64,000 nt of DNA. It comes from Mustelus asterias (Eukaryota). The stretch is from assembly GCF_964213995.1 (NCBI RefSeq), contig NC_135803.1, positions 54,374,001 to 54,438,000 of the forward strand, given 5' to 3'. Each line of letters starts with the position of its first letter. The stretch's first letter is position 1. This document shows positions 50,250 to 61,610 of the stretch, in pieces. A program made the position numbers and the translations under genes. Below the pieces are notes generated by a model. It ran no database searches. It was not told the DNA's origin and saw only the letters and a program-made list of their open reading frames with translations.

Positions 50250-50395
50250 ATTAGGTTAGGTGAATTGGTCATGATAAATTCTCCCTCAGAGTACTCGAAC
50301 AGGCTCCGGACTGTGGCAACTAGGGGATTTTCACAGTAACTTCATTGCAGTGTGAATGTAAGCCTACTTGTGACTAATAAATAAACTTTATACTT
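50250..50395 (+). mobile_element. HE1-type SINE tail B fragment
   Basis: GGGGATTTTCACAGTAACTTCATTGCAGTGTGAATGTAAGCCTACTTGTGACTAATAAATAAAC. Confidence 0.85.
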
Positions 50396-50934
50396 TATAT
50401 ACTTACCTTCACTTAAACAGCACCAGCCCACTGAAGAAGTCCGCAAGTCCAATCAAAGAGAAGCTAGCCAATGAGCTGCCATATTCAAAGTTATGTTCAG
50501 ATTTTCCTTGGGATTTGTGCCATTCATGACATAGGGTATGTGACATGCCATGAATTACTCCATTCCATTTCCCAGGGACTTCTGTGCTGTGTCACCATTA
50601 TGCTCACTGTAAACAGTTGAAAGGTCCATTGCACTACACCCATTTAAATCAACTATCTCTATGTTCTTGCAAATAAGCCAGTTTTCACATCATTTGCACC
50701 AAATGTAATGGCAGTGGAGGGCCCTTGATGACTGGACAGTGACACGAGTTATTGCTTTGGGCTCGGTTATCATCAAACAGTTGGCCTGAGCTTGTTTACT
50801 TAGCTCCTGAAGAACCAAACCATTCGTTTAAGTGGGGTCATGCTTCTGTAATTTACCAAAGAGAATAAATACAAACCTGTACACATAATAGGGATAATTT
50901 TCAACTTTGCTGCCTGGGCAATGACTTGGCAGAG

Positions 50935-50964
50935 TTCTGATGAAAGGTCATTGACTTGAAACAT
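50935..50964 (+). ncRNA. Minimal hammerhead motif (family 2), 3' strand disrupted by an insertion
   Basis: GTT-CTGATGA-A-AGGTC-ATT-GACTT-GAAA-CATT; the rest of the host repeat resumes at about 51826-51915. Confidence 0.55.
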
Positions 50965-50965
50965 T

Positions 50966-51820
50966 GGGTTGGATTTTACATTTTTCGGAGGTGGGAAGGA
51001 GGTGGAATGGTAAGTGAGTGGTCTGCTTGCTCCAACCCTTGCTATCTCATCTCAGCAAGTCAAGCATTGGATGGCCATCCCAGCAGGAAGGAGGCCAATC
51101 TGTAATGTAATGGAGGAGATCCACGTCCAATTAGGAGTGAGGGGATGTCATGCAGCAGAGGGGCTGTGCTGCGAGAACTGAAACATTTTGAAATGTGGGT
51201 TTGCAAGAGAATGGAACGGATCAGATGGACAGAAAAAGTCAGAAGTGATAAAGTGCTGAGGTGAGTGAATGAACAAAGAAATCTGCTGAATGTAATTAAG
51301 AACAGAAACTGGATAGTGCACATCTTGAGAGGAAATGGACAGGAGGTTGGTCATGGCTACAAATGTAAAGGTCCCCAGCTCTTTGAATGTATCTTTATTT
51401 GTTTTGGAAGGCTCAAAGATGTCAATGAACAAAGTCAAAAATCATACATATGGTGTCACCTTCACTAGCAGAATCTACTGCTACATTCAGCCATCGTCCA
51501 GTGACAGGCCTTTTCTTCCACACTTGTGCAGCCTTGTCATACTTGCTGTAAAGCATACCCAAACAATTTCCTGTCTGACACCCAAAAAATGCAGCTGGCA
51601 ACAAAAAAAATTGCAAGTAAGTGGCTCTTTAACATGCTAAATAGCTTGCTAATTGGCAAATGTCAAAATGGTGGAAGGGCTCCTGATTTCAGTACCCACT
51701 TGCCTTCCATATGTTTTGAAATTGGCGTGCTGAACTCGCACTGCTGAACAGACATCACCACGCCATATTTTAGGTTCACACAGGGCGGCCGCCCAATCAG
51801 TGGTCATAAAATCCAGCCCC
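50966..51820. mobile_element. MITE-like DNA element
   Basis: Inverted ends GGGTTGGATTTTA / TAAAATCCAGCCC. Confidence 0.65.
51172..51340 (+). repeat. RTE-clade (BovB-like C-terminus) fragment, arm 1 of an inverted duplication
   Basis: HFEMWVCKRMERIRWTEKVRSDKVLR*VNEQRNLLNVIKNRNWIVHILRG; 168/169 identical to the reverse complement of 54012-54180. Confidence 0.85.
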
Positions 51821-52919
51821 TTCACTATGTTTCTCTCTCGACAGATGTTGTCTGACAGACTATTTCCAGCATTTTCTGTTTCTATTTCAGGTTTCCAGCA
51901 TCTGCCGTATTCTGCTGTTCAAGTCACTCAAGTGGCCAGCTGTTGTAAAACCCACACAATTTTCACTCCAGCAATGGTTGAAAATAAGCTCTGGGCTTCA
52001 TAAGCATTGACCATCCACCATAGCAATGCTAAAAGATTATTTTTATTACAGTAGGGATGAATGCATTATTACACCACCAGTCCTGTTTTGCAGTGAAGAA
52101 AAATATGGGGACTGAGTCCCACAACATACGATTTTGCAGAGGAAACCTTTTCACACTTGTTCTTGAATTTGTGCAAAATAAATTGGCCTTTGTACTGATA
52201 ATCACTGATAGCGTTAAGATTAAAATTAAGTTTTGGGAAGATATGTACAATAAAACGTGTGACCTCTCTGTGGGTCTTCCCCACAAGAACATCCACCATA
52301 AATGAGGAAAATATCCCTTGTGTGTATCCACTCAAGATTCATGGACCAGAAATTATCCAAAGATTTGCTGCATAATTAATTTTAATAGCCTCAGTTTAAA
52401 GGTGGTATAATTAGAATCATCATCTTTATCGAGTCAAAGAAATGGCAAGAAAACTGTAACGATTTGGTACGATGAATATAAAGTTGCGTTGTATTCCATA
52501 CATATCTACATGCAATTTATGAGGAAGGTTAATTAGATAAGGCTAAAGTGCTTGTGGAATTTTACACTGATTGAGCTTAAACTTAGGGACAACTTGGAAT
52601 TTATGATAAAGGAAACTTCAGCCTTTAAAAGAGCATCATTTCCAAAAGTAATTGGCAATTTTTAAAAACATTGCTTGCCAAATACTGTCATGGAATGACC
52701 TAACTTGCAATGAAACACATCACTGCACTTTAAAAATATCTAATTGTTTAAGCATTGCATCATTGCAATGAAAATGATGTGCAGCTGTTGTGTTTGTGGC
52801 CTGACAGCTAAGATAGTGCCTCTGTATAAATGATAAATGAATGAGCCAAAACCTCACTAATGCATCTAACTGATGTGATGGCTCAATATCATGTGCTCTT
52901 TCATGGCAGAATCTAAATG

Positions 52920-53300
52920 TCACTAGTCATTTCTAATCCAAACATGAATACCCCTATTATCTTACTTATGCATTCATTTAGACCACGTATTTTCACCTCT
53001 GTAACATGGCTGATTTTGCCCATTAGGCTGCTGAAACCCTCAATCATGCCTTTGTTACCTCCAGAATTGCCTATTCCAATGTTCTCCTGGCTGGTCTTCC
53101 ACAGTCTACCCTCCACTATGTTGAGGTAAAGCAATATCTTCATTTAAAAATTCTTATTCTTGTTTTCAATTTTTCTTCAGTCACCCTTCCCCATCTCTGG
53201 AATCTCCTCCAGTCCAAAATCCCTCCAAGGTATCCATGCTCATCTCATTCTGACCTCTTCAACATCCCCACATTTAAAGGCCATGCCTTTAGTTGAGTAA
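52920..53300 (+). mobile_element. L2-group LINE fragment
   Basis: GCTGCTGAAACCCTCAATCATGCCTTTGTTACCTCCAGA...TATTCCAAT (AETL.HAFVTSR.DYSN-like); continues with the tail at about 54185-54400. Confidence 0.7.
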
Positions 53301-53429
53301 ATCCTCATCAGCATGTGTGTTCTGTCCAAAGTTAGATCCTTGCCTCAAAAGGTCTTCTCTGTGACTCTCTGGCCTCTACCAGCCTTTCTATTTTCTAATA
53401 ACTTCCTTCATTTTCCAAGCCAACAAACT

Positions 53430-53920
53430 GGAGTAGTAGTAGGCTACTTAATCCAGCAAGCTTGTTCCATTATTCAATATGATCTTGGTCGATCTTGGAC
53501 TTCAGTTCTATTTTCTACCACTTCCCATATCCTTTAGTCCCCTGAGAGACCAAAAATCTATCTATCACATCCATAAATGTGTCCAATGATGAAGCATCCA
53601 CAATCCTCATTGGTCGAGAATCCCAATGATTCACAATCCTGTCAGTGAAGTAGTTTCTCCACATCTCAGTACTAAATGAACAGCCCCTTACCCTGAGAGT
53701 GTGCCCCCATGTTTTAGAATCCCCAACCAGCAGAAACAATTTCTTATCATTTATCCTATAAAGTTTCTTTTAAATTGTGTGGGTTTCAAGGTGACCACCT
53801 CTCATTCTTCTCAAATCTAAAGAACACTATCCCAGCTCACTCAGGCTCCTATCAGAGGGCAATCCCCTCATCCCAGTGAGCAATTGTAGTGCCTCCAATG
53901 CAAGCATATCCTTTCTCTAA
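53430..53920 (-). mobile_element. CR1 LINE 3' end
   Basis: SKTWGHTLRVRGCSFSTEMWRNYFTDRIVNHWDSRP...IDRFL. Confidence 0.85.
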
Positions 53921-53924
53921 ACAC

Positions 53925-54180
53925 AATATTCCTGCCAGGCAACCAGAATTGATGTTCTCTTCCTTCCTCTTACTTTTTCCTTGAAATCTTCCCTCTGTAA
54001 AGTATTTTACGGTCCATTTCCTCTCAAGATGTGCACTATCCAGTTTCTGTTCTTAATTACATTCAGCAGATTTCTTTGTTCATTCATTCACCTCAGCACT
54101 TTATCACTTCTGACTTTTTCTGTCCATCTGATCCGTTCCATTCTCTTGCAAACCCACATTTCAAAATGTTTCAGTTCTCG
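53925..54180 (-). mobile_element. RTE-clade fragment containing arm 2 of the inverted duplication
   Basis: Same sequence as 51172-51340, extended by about 85 bp of further RTE-like C-terminal sequence (GGGAAGATTTCAAGGAAAAAGTAAGAGGAAGGAAG). Confidence 0.8.
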
Positions 54181-55767
54181 GGCCTATTCTCTGGAATTCC
54201 CTCTCTACACTTCTCTGCCTCTTGGCCTCGCTTTCCTTCTTTAAGCAAACCTTAAAATCTACCTCTTTGACCAAACTTTTGGTCATCTGACCAAAGTTCT
54301 CCTTACGTGGCTCGGAATCACTTTTTTCTTACACATCTCTTGTGAAGCACCTTGGGATACTTTATTACATTAAAAGTGCTAAATGTCTTGCTTTTGTTGA
54401 CCTAATGTAGTTCAGTCATGCAGTCAAGGAAGATTCTGGGTATGCTTCCATGTGCTAAGTCAGCTAGACCATGGTGGATATAGGAGCCCTGGAAATGAAC
54501 TCAAGTAATGCTGAGGTTAGGGTGACAGGGGTAGTGCAGTGACAGAGTGAGGAAGAAATTGATGAAAGCCCCACATCTGATCACTTTCCAATTACCTCTG
54601 CTGGAATTGCAAATACATGAGGACTGAGTTTTAGATCAATATTGCATTAGAATTGAGTCAGATATGGGATACAAATGACAACTGTACTTCCTCCATCTGT
54701 CTTCTCAAGTACTATGTAATCTTCCTGTGACCTGTTCAATTTGTTCATTTTCTACTTATGCCCACTTTGGAAGCTTCCTCCTGATCTTTTGACATTACAC
54801 ATAATTGACTTGTAACCTGGTATTATGGCTATGTAACCCTGGAGAGTAGAATTAGTTTGGCTACCTCCCCTCCCCTCTCATACCCCCCACCACCCCATCA
54901 CCATCACAGCCAAACAGCTGGCTGGCTCTTTGTCAAGGCTCACGCGTGAATTGTGGACACCCAAGCAAGCTCCTGGAATCCATCCAGCATTGCGGAATCC
55001 TACCCAAGCAAGGAGCCAATGACAGGAAGGAGATTAAAAAGGGGAAAAGAGAAAATAAATGGAGCAGAAATACAGTAGGCACCAACTTTCCCAAGAAGGA
55101 GGCCAGCTCAATTAATCTCTGCAGATGGAAGATTTATTTTCCTAAAATCAATAACAATGGGATGGCCCCAATTGTGAACCTATCAAAGCTTTAGTATGAA
55201 GTGAAGACTGTAGATATGAACCATACAGTTTGCAATTCTTCAGCTGTGAGAAGGAATTATATAGTCCAGATATAAAATGCTGCCTTTAGGTTTGAGAGAA
55301 TGTATGTGTTAATTATAAAAGCATCTCTGGAGAGCTATTAGCTTCTAGCTGGACATCTATCAATTATGCATCTGAAAGACTTTAAGAAATTATTAGAAAA
55401 TGTTATTCTTACTTACTTGACCTTTATTTCAAACTGTACACAGAGTAAAAAGAGGAGGGAATATATAATAGACACTAGTAATGTCGTTGTGAGAAATTCA
55501 GCATGCAATATACACCAACTTCAACATTGCGATGATTTTAAAGTTGGTGTGTAAACTGGGATTGGCCCCAGCTGTTTTGCAAACCATGGGAAACCTGAGG
55601 AGAAACCTTTTAAGTGTCCAAGTCAAGTTGGCACCAGAGAGAGGTGACTTTTTGTGAGCTGCTCCCAGCATGCCTCTAATTCTATCTTTCACTCTCATTC
55701 TATGCTTTTAAAACTGTACTCTAACTCTTTTCAGTATATTCTGCACCCTCTCCTTTCCTTCTCTATG

Positions 55768-56038
55768 TTTATTTTATTTATTACTCACAAGTAAGGCCTA
55801 CATTAACACTGCAATGAAGTTCCTGTGAAATTCCCCCAGTCGCCACAGTCTGGCACCTGTTCGGATCAATGCACCTAACCAGCACATCTTTCAGACTGTG
55901 GGAGGAAACCGGAGCACCCGGAGGAAACTCACGCAGACACGGGGAGAACGTGCAAACTCCACACAGACTGTAGGCCGAGCCAGGAATCGAACCCGGGTCT
56001 CTGGCGCTGTGAGGCATTAATGCACCGTGCCACCCATA
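55768..56038 (-). mobile_element. HE1-type V-SINE, tail B, with 7-bp TSD CTCTATG
   Basis: TSD at 55761-55767 and 56039-56045; inserted in a probable Rex1-like LINE tail (TACTTTTCACTGTATCCCAATACATGTGACAATAA). Confidence 0.9.
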
Positions 56039-57342
56039 CTCTATGAATGGTATGTTTTGTCTGTATAGCACGCAAAAAATAATACTTTTCACTGTATCCC
56101 AATACATGTGACAATAATATATCAAAAAGGTTGTTGATGTGAAGCCTCCAATAGCTCGGAACCAAGATCCCAGAACACAGTGTAAGCAAAATCCCCTTAA
56201 GTTTGGCTTCAAAAGTGAGCAATGAGACTGGATAGCCTAAAAGCCCATTGCATCACAACACTGTGATGTCAACTGTTCAAAATTAAGTGGGTGGAGTTGA
56301 ATATTTTTTTCTTCATCTGAGATGGGCAGGTTCACAGATGCAATTTATTTATTGACTCTTCGCCGTTTCTCTTTTCATTTCTAATTGGATGTAACGCCTA
56401 GAGAAAATGGAGCAAATGCTTTTCATTATGAGTAAACTTATAAAACTTCAACATACAAGTAGCACAATGAAACTCCTGAATTTCATATTTCTGCAATAGG
56501 TTTAAAGGAATGATTTTTATTTACCTGACTAGCTGGAGCCAAGGTGTCTGAAAGTTGCAGGGAACCCAGGACACGGGATTCTCTTCCCCAACACTCCAGT
56601 ATGCTCAGTGTTTAATTGACAAATTGACAGGCTTGATTCCTAATCAAGCTGGGAGCCTGTTGGTGAAGGCCGCAGTCAGGTATCACCGCAGTGGGTGGTG
56701 ATACCTGATTGTGGGGGTTGCTTGGGCAGGCAGCTGGATCTAAGGGTTAGGGGTATCTGCCATGGTTTGACTGCATGTAGCTGCCAGGATGCCCTCGGAT
56801 CAGGAAACCTGGCCAGCCAGAATGAAAAGCTGAATGTCAATGAAGTCTTTATCAGCTTCAGTATCATTTTTAATGGACCAAACCATCTCCTTGGTGTCAG
56901 CTTGGTGCCTGCCCAGCTTCCGGCCTCAGCTTGGTTGAAATCGAGGCAGATTTGGGTCAAGAATCTGACTTTTAAAGCCAATGCACCCTACTCCCACTCA
57001 ATCCATTTCAAAGATTGATATGATCTAGTTCATCTCTTTATGGCACTTTCAAGCACTGAAACTAAAGCAGCATTATAAATGCAGTTCACAAACTTCTCGA
57101 ACAATTACATATATGGTAGGTGAAGAAACTTGCAAACACAGAACACACGGCACATTCCCCATCACTACAAAGTCATAACTGGAAAAGTACAACTCATGTC
57201 TGCTTGAGATTTATGGGAAAATTACCTAACCTTCAATAAAAGAGAACTTCTCCTTATTCTCTAACCAGTCTATTGGTAAGATTGTCCTCCTTACAAAAAC
57301 ATTTTAGTGTTTTACAACTAGAGTGTGATAACAATTAATGTG

Positions 57343-57561
57343 ATGATGTGGAGATGCTGGCGTTGGGCTGGGGTGGCCACACTAAGAAGGCTTACAACAC
57401 CAGGTTAAAGTCCAACAGGTTTATTTGGTATCAGGAGCTTTCGGAGCTTCAGGTGAAGGAGCAGCCTGAGGAAGGAGCAGTCTGAGGAAGGAGCAGCTCT
57501 CTGAAAGCTCATGATTCCAAATAAACCTGTTGGACTTTAACCTGGTGTTGTGAGACTTCTT
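57343..57561. mobile_element. Penelope-derived hairpin element, copy 4, with 12-bp TSD
   Basis: TSD ACAATTAATGTG at 57331-57342 and 57562-57573; arms about 57383-57440 and 57503-57562; loop contains repeated CTGAGGAAGGAGCAG. Confidence 0.85.
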
Positions 57562-58524
57562 ACAATTAATGTGGACCACAAACATGAAGAATTGCATTAC
57601 CCTAAACTTTGCAGTATCTGGTCTATGGCGTCAGTATTGTTCTCAATCACAGTAATAAATAATTCCCACAATTTTATGTTCCTCAACCTATTGACAAATC
57701 TATAAGATTATTAGATCATAAGAAACTAGAAGCTGGAGTAGACTATTTAGCCCATCAAGCCTGCTCAACTATTTAATAAGATCATGGCGGATCTGATTGT
57801 GGCCTGAATTCCACATTCCTGCCTGTCCTCAGGACCCTTGAGTAACCCATGCTCTGCAGCCTGGCAGCAGTCAAGGGGAAATGGGCACTCAACTTACCGC
57901 CTCAAGTCCCCTCAGAGCCCAAAGTGCCAGGCCAGCGTATCAGTGTCAGGGTGCCAGGGGACAGTGCAATATTGGCACTGTCACGGCACTAGGCCTGAAG
58001 GGGGGCTGTGTGGGAGATCTGAGGGGAGAACGGGCTGGATGAGAGGGGTCTGAGGGGGATGGGGGGGGGCTGTGTGGTGAGTCTGAGGGGAAAGAGGAGC
58101 TGAGAGGGGGTCAAGCACTCTCATGCCGGTGTGGATTGGGGTAAGAGGATGCCCCCCTTTATTGTGGGGTTTCTGGTGCTCCCCTGGACCCTCGAGATCC
58201 AGCACGCCATGTCCCCACTTGTGGGTAGCACATGGAAAACCCACCTGGTGCTTGTCCCACTGGCAGGCTGGCTGAATGGCGGGAGGCTGATGAATTGGTT
58301 GTCAAACCCGCTAATGATAATCAAATTATTGGGTTTGCATAATTATCAGGTTACCATCCACTCTGGGCAGGAACCCAATCGGGGCCGGCAGGGCAGATTG
58401 GGTGAATCCCAAGGGCCCTCATGCCCATTGGGAATGCTGATTTTAGGCTGATGCCACATTCACTGCCAGCTGTCTGAAGGGGTTGGAGAATCATCCCACT
58501 GTCTGGTCTGCTGGGATTTTCCAT

Positions 58525-60300
58525 CATTTTCTGTTTTTGTTGTAGCCTGGTCCTTGGTTGGTTCTAGAATGTTCTGAGAAACTGTCCCAAATACATTGAA
58601 TGAACTCATATTCAGGGCTATCTTTGCCAATTTGATTCACCCAATCTGTATGAAGAATAGAATATCTCATGATTATTGCAGTACCTTTCTTACCTTTCCC
58701 CATGATTACTTCATATATACTCTGTCCTATAATGTAGTTACTGTCAGGGTACTTGTAAACCATTCCCACCAGTGACTTCTTTCCTAGCTATTTCTCAGCT
58801 CCACCCAAGCTAGTTATATCTTTTGATCCTCTGGACAAATTAAATTCTCACCATTATATTGATCTTGTCCCTGATTAACAGAATTACCCCACCCACCTTT
58901 TCCTTTATTCCTGCCCTTCCAAAACGTCAAATATGCTTGAAGAAAGAAGGTCCCAGCCGTGGCCACTTTACAACCATGATCTGTAATGACTGTCATATCA
59001 AATTAATTTATTTTGATCTACTCTATCATTTCACCCTTCTTGTTATGAATGCTGTATGCATTCAGATAAAAAAGAGCCTTTAATTCTGCCTTGTTACTAT
59101 TTTCTCTGCTCTGACTTTATTGGCTGGTCCACTTTTGTGTTTCTACACTGTGTCCCTTCTTGTCACACTCTGGTTATCATTATCCACAATGCAATCCTGC
59201 ACTACTGCCTTGTCGTCTCTCTTTAATTTTCTAAATTGCCCTCATGTGAAGGCCCCCCCACCTCATTATTCAGTTTAAAGCCCTCTCTACAATCTGAGTT
59301 GTATGGTTAACCAATAATTGGTCCCAACTGGTCCCAGCACGGTTCAGTGAAGGTCCCCAATGGTACAGCTCCCATTTTCCCCAGTACTGATGCCAATGTC
59401 CCATGAATTGAAAATCATTTTTCCCACAGCAGCCTTTGAGCCATGCGTTCAACTCTGATCTTATTTACTTTATGCCAATTTATTTCTGGCTCAGACATCC
59501 CCTACACTAGAATGCCTTCTGCATCATGTTACCATAAACAATGTGCCCATCCTCCCTGTATCCCCTGCTCTCGGCCACAGAAGCTGCAAGGACGCCAAAC
59601 TTGTTGGACAATAGCAAAGGCTGAGGCTCCTTTATTGCTACTTTCTGCATCCCCATACCTGCCTACCTTACAGTCACACTCTCCTATCCCTGACAATGAA
59701 CCAAATCAGAAGTACCTAACTTAAGAAGTGGAAGTGTAAGAACTTAAGAAGTGGCACGGTAGCACAGTGGGGCGGCACGGTAGCACAGTGGTTAGCACTG
59801 CTGCTTCACAGCTCCAGGGTCCCGGGTTCGATTCCCGGCTCGGGTCACTGTCTGTGTGGAGTTTGCACATTCTCCTCGTGTCTGTGTGGGTTTCCTCCGG
59901 GTGCTCCGGTTTCCTCCCACAGTCCAAAGATGTGCGGGTTAGGTTGATTGGCCAGGTTAAAAATTGCCCCTGAGATGCGTAGGTTAGAGGGATTAGTGGG
60001 TAAATATGTGGGGGTAGGGCCTGGGTGGGATTGTGGTCGGTGCAGACTCGATGGGCCGAATGGCCTCCTTCTGCACTGTAGGGTTTCTATGATTTCTATG
60101 AACTGCCTCCTGGCATAAAGTACCCAGATAACTCTTCAATTGATCCCCCAACCCCTCCAATACATTGCAATGTCCAAAGCTCAGACTCCAGCTCATCAAC
60201 TCAAAGACAAAGTTGCCCGAGTTGCAGACACTGCATGAAGGTATGGCTGCTGTGGGTCAACCAGCTCCCACTTGCTAGAGCTGTAACACATCAACTGCCT
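58525..60300 (-). mobile_element. CR1 LINE 5' part: ORF1 esterase (SGNH-like) and ORF2 endonuclease remnants
   Basis: NAWLKGCCGKNDFQFMGHWHQYWG...LNRAGTS...ERALN; KGKGGWG and YKYPDS endonuclease-like motifs. Confidence 0.8.
59752..60100 (+). mobile_element. Full-length young HE1 SINE inserted in CR1 ORF1
   Basis: Intact head GGGCGGCACGGTAGCACAGTGGTTAGCAC, B box GGTTCGATTCCC, tail TTTCTATGATTTCTATGA. Confidence 0.95.
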
Positions 60301-60626
60301 GTCACCATTATTTCAAATTTATTTAACTAATTAGGTCTCAAGTTTAGAATTTCATACAATTATTGGTAGTTATATTATGGAGTTTAACCAATTATTTATA
60401 ATGTTAATAGCCCGGTTCTTCCAAAGAACAGCAGTCATCATTTGATTTTCGCTCTGCTCATGACTTCCCCCCTACCTGAATCTGCTCTGCATTTCTTCTG
60501 GGACCTTCCAAGCCTAACTTTCTCAGAACTGCAGAGTGCGCTGTTCCTTTGTTAGTTAGGTCGCAGCAGAGGAGAGATGGAGCAACACAAAGCACACCCC
60601 TTTATATGCTCCAGTTGACAGATGAT

Positions 60627-61610
60627 GGGCAAATTCTTACCAATAAATGGCAGAGTGTTGTTTCCGGTGAGAAAACCAGTGTTTCTCTCCACAGAAACCG
60701 GTTGGTTTTCTCTCCAGATTATACGACACTACCAAAAAAAATCAAGGGTGAATGTTTCACAGAGGCTTCAGCATGCTAGCAAAACCTCGCTGCTCAGAAA
60801 TAGGAGCGCCATCTTTAAAAGGATCCCTGATCAGAACCTGAGTAATCCATCCCCAGCCCAGCACAGAGGTGATCTCGGGGTCCTCTTCACCACCCATGAT
60901 CAGAGTTGGCAATTCTCTACCCTCACCCAATCATCTGCTCCTCCTCTTTCCCACACCCCACCACCCCCCACCCCCAGTCTGAGTCACCTCCTACCCTCCA
61001 CCAACCCCCACCTCTGCCCAATGGCCACCCATTGGCACAGTTTGGCTCTGCCAAGTTGGCATAATGCCAACCTGAGCCAAGGGGCATTATCAGGCCACTG
61101 CCTGGTCTTGTCCCTCTCCCCCGGGGGCTATACTTACTTTTACAACCCTGGGGAGACCCCCAGGACAGATCTGCATCTAGGTGAACTTATTGTAAATGGT
61201 GCCTGCGTGACGGCACATCAGTGCCGATGGGGGTCATGGGTGCAGTCGGATGGTCAAGGGGGTGATGGCAGGGTCAGCGTGAGTGATTGGAGGGCATCAA
61301 TTCTGTAGTTACCCAGGAGTTAGATGAGGTTTCAATTTTATAACATTTCCAAGGTAACGATTCAGGAAAGTACATCAGAAGTATCCGGAGTCTCCAACTT
61401 TAACTCAGAATTGGAAACATTCAAGATAGTCTCAGGAGCAAGAGAATTGCCCATTGGAAATTCAAACTTCCCAGTCAATTTCCATGGAGGTCAACGGGTC
61501 TGGACTTCCACAGGGCCCTGGCATGCATCTCCGGATGATCGCAGACCAGAAGATTTGGACAAAATAATACTTGTATCGCCCCGGTACCAGTCTACTTTGG
61601 GTAAAGAGAA
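60627..61610. mobile_element. Harbinger-like non-autonomous element
   Basis: Left end GGGCAAATTCTTACCAA resembles the ends at 2867 and 38395; C-rich interior; right end near TTTGGGTAAAG is uncertain. Confidence 0.45.

Noticed and set aside
50401-50470. Minus-strand splice donor GAAG|GTAAGT with a short upstream exon
   Set aside because: Resembles sequence found at CR1 5' ends, lies next to a SINE tail, and has no supporting reading frame.
59768-59845. tRNA genes at SINE heads
   Set aside because: A and B boxes are present but continue into the V-domain and LINE tail; no complete cloverleaf.
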